This document shows, one piece after another, positions 57,302 to 64,000 of a DNA stretch of 64,000 nt (positions are counted from its first letter, which is position 1; every line of letters starts with the position of its first letter). Both the position numbers and the translations under genes were made by a program. The stretch comes from Epithemia pelagica (lineage: Eukaryota; Protista; Bacillariophyta). The stretch spans positions 3,286,001 to 3,350,000 of the forward strand of contig OX337234.1 of assembly GCA_946965045.2 (NCBI GenBank), read 5' to 3'. The notes below the pieces were generated by a model. It ran no database searches and had not been told where the DNA came from. It saw only the letters and a program-made list of their open reading frames with translations.

Positions 57302-60148
57302 ATGTCGTCGTCTGGCTTTTCTGCTCGTGCTTCGCTTTATCGCGATTTGCGTTCTGGTTCGCGTACCGAGCGTTCCGCTTCTCCGGTGTCTTTTCCGCCT
57401 CCTGCTCCTCCGCTTACGTCTCCGTCTGGAGAACTTGCGGTGGCTTTGTCGGACCTCGGCTTGGGGGTGGGCGTATCGACTGGGCAGGACCCTTCGGCGC
57501 AGGGCTCTCGTGGTGCTGCGTCGGCTAGTACGGGGGGGGAGTTTGTGTCGGTGCCTTCTGTTCGTTCGTTCGGTGACCAGTTCTTAGTGGATGCCACTAT
57601 GGATCCCGGTGCGAGCACGGAAAGTCGCGAGTCTTTTTCGTTGGGCGGACTCACGGAGGCGGAGTTGCTTGCAGCTACTCTCCGTGTTGAAGCGCAGCGT
57701 GGAACGGTTCCGGAAAGTCTGAGTGAAGGACGTGCTTCATCCGCAAGTCTGTTCAAGAGCACTACCAAACCTGAACCGGTGAAGATTGCCCGGGACACGA
57801 GTCAGTTCGTGGACTATGGTCTTGCGAGCAGTGCTCCGTCGGACTCGCGTGAGGTGTCGTTCCATCCGGACGCCCGTTCCAAACTTACCAAAGGTGAGCT
57901 TCCCGCGATTGCAGAGACTAACATGAGTGTTAATTCGTCTGCCGAGTTGCAAAACTCGGTTTCGTTGATTGCAGTCAATTTAGCGGAGGATAAGTTTTGT
58001 GGAGCAGTCGTGGGGGTTGCAGGCAAGTTCTGCCTCCATCCTAAGGGACAGTGTCCCAAGAAGTCACATCGGAAAGCGACATCGTTCCTAGGAAGTCTAC
58101 GGGAACAAGGGCTAGAGGAATGTCTGTTTATTTGCGTTCCCATGCCGAAGAGTAGCAATGGTCATGGTCAACTACCTACGCTTGCTTTTCAGGATCCTTT
58201 CTTGGAATCCACCCAGTTGGGCCGATCCAAGGTCCAAGAAATGCTCCAAGCGCACAAACCAGTGTGGCTGTGGTCTTCGATGTTCGCGATGCTCAGTGGT
58301 GAGACGCAAGGTGACCATCATGGTACCACCACACTTAGTGATCTCCCCGGGACGCCGCGTCGCCACAAGACGCTCGACCAAATTCAAGCGGAGGCGACTC
58401 AGACGGCGTTTACTCCTGCTCGACGTCTCGAGTTGGAAGATGTGGAGGTCCCATCTCCAACCAGCGAGGAGAGTGACCTCGAGGATGTTGATCCTCTTCT
58501 CGATGAGGACACGTTCAGGAACCGTGTTGCTCGCAACACTGTGACGACGTCACAAGTCCAACGTGCTACAACCGCGGAACTCACGACCATGCGTTTGCGC
58601 CAATCTGAACAAAACCAGTTGTTGAATGTTTTGGTTGACAAGGTCAACGTCCTCAGTGGATTGTTGGGAGCGCCACCAGAAGATTCGGGGGCAACGACGG
58701 TGTGGCAAGCCATCAGTGAATGGCACCAGCAACAAGAAGAGAAGAAGATTAACCCGTCGCTGTTGGAAGCCATCAAGGAAACGCAAAAGTTGCATGGAGC
58801 AAGCTTTCAACGCATGTATGACAGTATCAACGCTCTGTCAAACAAGTTGCACGACACCAAGATTGAGGCTATCCATTCGTCCAGGAAGGAAGTAGTGGCC
58901 ATGCTCACAGGCGAGGTGAACAAAGCCATCTGGACTGAACTATCAAAGGTGTCACCCACGCTCAAAGTAGCAGAGAAGTTTTTTATTCGCGGCGGTCTCT
59001 CCGAATTTGAAGAACACATACGCAAGACGACAGCCGACGCTGTGCGAGCAGCAGGAGGGAACAACGGCCATTCATCGTTATTCAACCTGTCGCAAGCCGA
59101 GGTGGACAACATCAAGCGGTTGATTGTCAAGTTAGAAGAAGAAAGCGAATTGAACAAGGTTCGGCTCACTGACATCGAAGCCAGATCCGAGAATTATACC
59201 GTAGAGGTAGAAGGCCATCAGTTTTCTTCGTTGTCGCAGGTGGCGGCATTTGTTGCGTCCAATGGCGTCCCAGACTCGGTGCTAAAGTTTGTTGACGCCA
59301 TCAGTTTGATGGAAAAATCGACCACAGGTTCTCAAAGTTTCACCGAGAACGTGGACGTGCATTACCGGGGTCAACGCTCCAACATGGAGTCACCCAGTGA
59401 CCAAAAGGGGCTTTACTCCTTCCAGTTAATTGCGCCCACCGCCTTGGCTGGAACTCCTGATCAAGCGAGAAACAACCCAAGAAAGTTAGTGCGCATGGAA
59501 ACCTACCAGAAATTCAAGGGGTCAGGGTCTCGTGACATGGGAGCCGCTAACATGATCCGCAAAATGATCGCCGACAAATACCCGCCTTTGCTGTCGGAAA
59601 TTGAGGCCTCCACCATGTCACGCGAAGCAAAAGTCATAGCCCGGTTCCTTCTTTCTGAGTCTCGGAGTTTTCTGGACTCTCTTTTTATTTTCATGAAGGA
59701 TCAAGTTGAGGACTATGGGGCGGATACTCAACTCTCTGAAGTTCGCAGATGGGACCTCGTGCAAAACATCACGAGGATCGTCTTTGAAGTCATCAGCCAA
59801 CCGAGGCGTGGGTGCAGCGAGATCACGCTGAATCAAGCCACATCCCTCGAACGGGCTCCAGAGTTATTGTGGTCGGTTCTTCAATCCCACCGCTTACAGA
59901 AGGAGTTTCTGGACCATAATTTTAAGAACCATCCCAAGGTAGGGCCAATGTTGACTCACTTCTTGCTCGACGTGGTGAGCTTTCACGACGACGTCAATCC
60001 CATCGTGGACGATGTAAAAAAGGCATTGAGTGAGGCACAACAAGCAAAAAGAAAGGCAGACGCTGTGGAAAGTCAGGTCAAGAACTTACAAGGCCGCTTG
60101 CCATCGAAGAAAGCAAAGCCATCAAAAGAAGGAGCGGAAGCATCATGA
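57302..60148 (+). CDS. Retroelement ORF1 (gag-like) with a C-x10-C-x6-C-x4-H motif and coiled coils
   Basis: 948-aa ORF; CGAVVGVAGKFCLHPKGQCPKKSH at 57998-58069; lies directly upstream of the RT ORF. Confidence 0.7.
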   Translation: MSSSGFSARASLYRDLRSGSRTERSASPVSFPPPAPPLTSPSGELAVALSDLGLGVGVSTGQDPSAQGSRGAASASTGGEFVSVPSVRSFGDQFLVDATMDPGASTESRESFSLGGLTEAELLAATLRVEAQRGTVPESLSEGRASSASLFKSTTKPEPVKIARDTSQFVDYGLASSAPSDSREVSFHPDARSKLTKGELPAIAETNMSVNSSAELQNSVSLIAVNLAEDKFCGAVVGVAGKFCLHPKGQCPKKSHRKATSFLGSLREQGLEECLFICVPMPKSSNGHGQLPTLAFQDPFLESTQLGRSKVQEMLQAHKPVWLWSSMFAMLSGETQGDHHGTTTLSDLPGTPRRHKTLDQIQAEATQTAFTPARRLELEDVEVPSPTSEESDLEDVDPLLDEDTFRNRVARNTVTTSQVQRATTAELTTMRLRQSEQNQLLNVLVDKVNVLSGLLGAPPEDSGATTVWQAISEWHQQQEEKKINPSLLEAIKETQKLHGASFQRMYDSINALSNKLHDTKIEAIHSSRKEVVAMLTGEVNKAIWTELSKVSPTLKVAEKFFIRGGLSEFEEHIRKTTADAVRAAGGNNGHSSLFNLSQAEVDNIKRLIVKLEEESELNKVRLTDIEARSENYTVEVEGHQFSSLSQVAAFVASNGVPDSVLKFVDAISLMEKSTTGSQSFTENVDVHYRGQRSNMESPSDQKGLYSFQLIAPTALAGTPDQARNNPRKLVRMETYQKFKGSGSRDMGAANMIRKMIADKYPPLLSEIEASTMSREAKVIARFLLSESRSFLDSLFIFMKDQVEDYGADTQLSEVRRWDLVQNITRIVFEVISQPRRGCSEITLNQATSLERAPELLWSVLQSHRLQKEFLDHNFKNHPKVGPMLTHFLLDVVSFHDDVNPIVDDVKKALSEAQQAKRKADAVESQVKNLQGRLPSKKAKPSKEGAEAS

Positions 60149-63100
60149 GTGCAGCCAACATCAAAACAAGTACCCAGAGAAGAAGACTTAGAAGAAGACA
60201 ATGCCAAAAAGAATTGCGGCAAAGAAGCACCGATCACCGAATCTTATTCATCATGGATTCGTCGTCAGGTATCGTTGTCACCGGGAAGTTTGCGCTTGGG
60301 AATCATTTCGGAAGGGCTACCCGCATGGCTGTTTCTGTCAGACAATCTGACGAACGGTAAATTGCAGTGGTTGATGATTCCAGACAACCAGCAACACTGG
60401 GAGAATCTCATTCCAAGTGACACCGAGGTGTACTGGTTAAGAGCGAAACCAGAGGATGAACTGGGCGCAGCATCGATGGAGTTCGCATTAAAAGACAAGG
60501 CTGATTGTGATGTGATTCTTTTCGAAGGAAAGTACCGGCCTCCAAGATCGAACTCGGAGTTCTGGAAACGCTCCACTCAACTGGTATTATCTCAGCGGTC
60601 TCTCAGAGGTAAACCTCCGGTGGGGTGGACTGCATCATCACGAGTTTTGAATCATGCCCAGTTAGGCGGTGTCACTAATTGGAGTTGTCGCATGCATGTG
60701 TGGAGCAATACGGAATCAACAGTCACGCCCTTTTGGGAGGACGAGATTCTTCAAGGGGCCGACAGCTCCTTCGAGGATTTGTTAGACAAAAGACAAACAG
60801 GGAAGCGAGTACGTGAGGACTTTGAATCACCGCATTCTTCCCTCAAGAATCAAGTCGACTGTGCGACGATACAGAAGAAGAGAAAGAAATTATGGACCCT
60901 TCCCACGGTGTTTGGGTCTATGCGCACCAAACGTTGCTTGACCGTGTCTGAGGCGAGTTCGTGTTTGGATGTCCCCTCGTCTTTGGCGAAAAAGTTGAAT
61001 GAATCCACGAGCGAAGTTGTGGTTCGAGAGCTGACAAGTCCCATCAAGGTGGCAGCAGCTCTCGGAGCATGCCTTGTTGAATGGACGAAGAAACGAAGAC
61101 GCAGAGAAGAAGAGGACGACAACTCCAGTCCACGAAGCAGGGAATCGAAGCAGAGTCGGGTTCAATGCGGAGTAGCATTGACGCTCAACGCCACCACAGG
61201 TGACGGGCCCAACTCCATTGCCAGAGAGGCACCATTGTCTACCAACACGCGCCGGGACCGAATGCAAGCATACCAACGCTTGAAAGATACAGGAGCGGAT
61301 ACCACCACCGAGAAGGCCGTTAAACATGACAAAGCGGCTGTTCCTGTGGAATTGTGGGACGACAGAGTCCGTTACTTGTTGGGTCTTTCGAAGATTGATG
61401 ATCGCCACCGACGTGCCTTCACCAAGATGCGATCTGTGATGTTACGTCGCTGGAAGCGAAATGTTCTGCGATCGTGGGTTGATTGGTGGAATAAGAATAA
61501 AGATAAGATAAAACATAATGAACCTCGCTGGTGGACGTTGTTGTATGAGCGAGGATACCAAGCGTGTCGCCAAGCTTTTCAAGCAGACTTCTGGAGCTGG
61601 CCAAGCGGATCCGGAGTATTCTTCTGGCGATGGCCAACAGAATATATTCGCGACGTTGCTTTGGGAGTGCCTCCTTTATGGACAGGCGTTCCTCGCCAAG
61701 TCTTGGAACCACAACAAGGTCTTGGAGACGAGGACACAATCTCGAAGATCAAGGAGAAACTCGACGACGTACGCCAGAAGAAATACGTCGGCCCTGGGCA
61801 ATGGAAGGCAACCATGAACTATTTTGCAGTGCCCAAGGGTGAGACAGATATCAGAATGGTGTATGATGGAACAAAAAGCGGTCTGAATGACTGTTTATAC
61901 GCACCATGGTTCCCCCTCCCTGATGCCGACGTTCTGATACGAACCCTCGATGACTTCTATTGGTGTGTGGACAACGATTATGGGGAAATGTTCCTCAACT
62001 TTTGGATACATCCCGAACTTCAGGAGTTCAGTGGGATGGATCTCACGCCACTATTTGGCAAAACCGAATCGGGAGAATTGTACATTGAAGGGTGGTACAG
62101 ATGTCCTATGGGACAAAGCCCGTTTCCATTTAACACTGTCCAACAGACAAGGCGACTGAAACGCGTCATGATGGGGGATGCGGCTGACGAAGAAAACGTG
62201 TTTCGATGGGCAGGTGTACGAGTGAATCTACCAGGATCAATTGACTACCAGCCGGGAATCCCGTGGATAGCTAAGTATCGTTCGACAGGCGAATTAGCTG
62301 CGGACGCACATGATTATGTGGACGATTTACGAGGCACTGGACCCACGGCCGAGGACGCTTGGCAAGTAAGTTCCAGAATTGCAAAGACGGCCTCTTTTCA
62401 TGGCGTGCAAGACGCCGCACGCAAACGAAGGGAGCAAACTCAGAGCCCTGGGGCTTGGGCAGGTGTGGTCTGTGGAACGGAACCTCGACGTCCCTACAAA
62501 ACCATCACACAAGAAAAATAGGAGAAAACTAAGAAAGAAGTAAGCCGACTCCGAGATGAGCTAGATGCATTAGAGGACGCTTCGCCCAAGAACACTATGA
62601 ACAGCAAGACACTGGAGCAAGTTGCTGGGTTTCTCAATCATGTCGGTCGTGCATTCCCAGTCATTAGGATCTATCTAAACGGACTCTATGCGACGTTAAA
62701 CAGCTGGAGGCCTGACAGAGATGATGAGGGTTGGAAAATTGGCTCGGATACTCTTCACCTCCAAGACCCATTAGGGTTGGGAACACCAAAGCGAGTTCGC
62801 ATGGTTCCTCGTATGCGGTTCGATGTTGTGGCCCTGGAGGAGTTAACAAAAGCAGAAGCGCCGCCACGCCGCATGTTGCGACCGGATAAACAAGGAGCAG
62901 TCGTGAGATACTTCTTCGGCGACGCATCGGGTGCTGGTTTTGGGATGTCTGGATGGACGCCAGGAGACCAAGAAGTCGAGGTTGATTTTGGCGCGTGGGA
63001 TCAAAAGGCCATGAGCGGATCCTCGTCAAACTTCAGAGAATTGGCCAACATTGTCATGAAAGTAGAGCAAATGGACCAGGAGGGCCGATTAAATTCCCTG

Positions 63101-63940
63101 ACCGAAGTATTCATTTTCACGGACAACATGCATGCCGAGTCCGCCTTCTACCGCGGGACAGCTAAATCACCCGAAGTCCTCAAGCTGATGTTTCGCCTTC
63201 ATAGAGTACTGATGAAGGGAGAGGCCTTCATACACGTAGTATGGGTGGCCGGAAAGAGGATGATCACGCAAGGGACAGACGGGTTGTCGCGTTCCGACTT
63301 GACAAGCGGCGTCATGAGGGGAGAGAAGATGCTCGACTTCGTCCCCTTGCATCTCACAGCAGATCAACGCCAACCACGTGTGCTTTCGTCTTTGCTTCGG
63401 CAATTGGTCGACGATACAGATGAAATCCACGTCTTGAAAATGAGCGATTGGTTTTCAAAACCAATGGACAGCGATGGAATCTTCGTGTGGATCCCACCTC
63501 CGTGTATTGCCGATGTTGCTGTGTTCACCATGGCAGAGGCGTGGCATATACGGCCGTGGAATACGCATGTATTCATTGCACCCTCGTTGATGAGCGGTCG
63601 TTGGCGGCGGATGCTATCCAAGGCATCTGACATGTTCTGTGTGCTACCTTTTGAGAATGCAATTTGGCCAAAAGATTTGGAACACGAACCGCTAACGATT
63701 GCCTTCACTTTTCCTCTGTTAAACAGAAATCCTTGGCGAGTTAGATTCACGGAGCTTCTCCGTAATGACCGAGATGTGTTGCGTCAGATGCACCGGAAAT
63801 CTTTCGCACACGCGAGGGATTATCTGCGCAAATTATGGGTATGCGCGAGGGCATTGGAAACCCTGCCTGGGGGCGTATCACGCTCAGTGTTATGTAGTCC
63901 CGGGAGACCAGGACCCATTTCCTCGAGACCTCAAGCCTAG
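60149..63940 (+). pseudogene. Retroelement ORF2: methyltransferase-like N-terminus, reverse transcriptase and RNase H, interrupted by one in-frame TAG (62519-62521)
   Basis: RT motifs YFAVPKG..DIRMVYDGTKSGLN, DYGEMFLNF, RCPMG, YVDD (62315-62326); RNase H motifs FGDASG, NFRELAN, FTDN, GTDGLSR; ORFs 60149 and 62597 are in the same frame. Confidence 0.85.
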
Positions 63941-64000
63941 ACAATTCGAAATGGACGGGCAAGGGAATCTAGTCGAAGAAGAAGAAGGCTGGGAAACAAC
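63765..64000 (+). CDS. Start of retroelement ORF3 (Cys/His-rich N-terminus), overlapping the RNase H ORF and running off the window; candidate tyrosine recombinase ORF
   Basis: ATG at 63765 opens a stop-free frame MTEMCCVRCTGNLSHTRGIICANYGYARGHWKPCLGAYHAQCYVVPGDQDPFP... to the window end; absent from the ORF track because it has no stop. Confidence 0.6.
   Translation, partial: MTEMCCVRCTGNLSHTRGIICANYGYARGHWKPCLGAYHAQCYVVPGDQDPFPRDLKPRQFEMDGQGNLVEEEEGWET

Larger units (their letters stand above)
57302..64000 (+). mobile_element. DIRS-order (tyrosine-recombinase type) retrotransposon, 3' part beyond the window; 5' boundary probably ~56940-57300
   Basis: gag-like ORF1, ORF2 with RT directly followed by RNase H and no protease or DDE integrase, and an overlapping third ORF; intronless; the YR domain itself is not visible in the window. 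Confidence 0.75.

Noticed and set aside
57302-63940. Alternative call as a Ty1/copia or Ty3/gypsy LTR element
   Set aside because: No protease or DDE integrase in the expected positions, and no LTR/PBS recognised upstream

Overview
Eukaryotic nuclear DNA, most likely from a (pennate) diatom. This is inferred from short GT-AG introns with frequent GTACGT/GTAAGT donors, bipartite plastid presequences (signal peptide + Phe), a guanylyl cyclase-phosphodiesterase fusion, a DUF1800-DUF1501 fusion and abundant (CAA)n/(GAA)n low complexity. Positions 1-53.7 kb hold about 19 host genes: an LRR protein with a 48-Gln tract, eIF3f, a DUF2009/NCE2-like protein, a plastid EamA transporter, a receptor GC-PDE, a Crinkler-type NTPase-nuclease, a LYR-motif protein, a giant DUF1800-DUF1501 membrane protein, a prolyl 4-hydroxylase, two acylation-motif hemerythrins, a thylakoid-lumen protein, PTOX, an FGGY kinase-ribulose-phosphate epimerase fusion, a disrupted Pro/Ser-repeat protein and two uncharacterised genes. 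The last ~10 kb is accessory or mobile. It contains a CCCH zinc-finger orphan, a 1-kb hairpin/inverted-repeat-rich segment and a DIRS-type retrotransposon (gag-like ORF1, RT-RNase H ORF2, and an overlapping ORF3 cut by the window end). The most striking observation is that ORF2 appears to start with a degenerate C5 cytosine-methyltransferase-like domain, and it follows the ORF1 TGA in frame with no ATG of its own. Several genes carry single-base indels in homopolymer runs, which may be assembly errors or real lesions. All family assignments come from motif recognition by eye; no searches were run.
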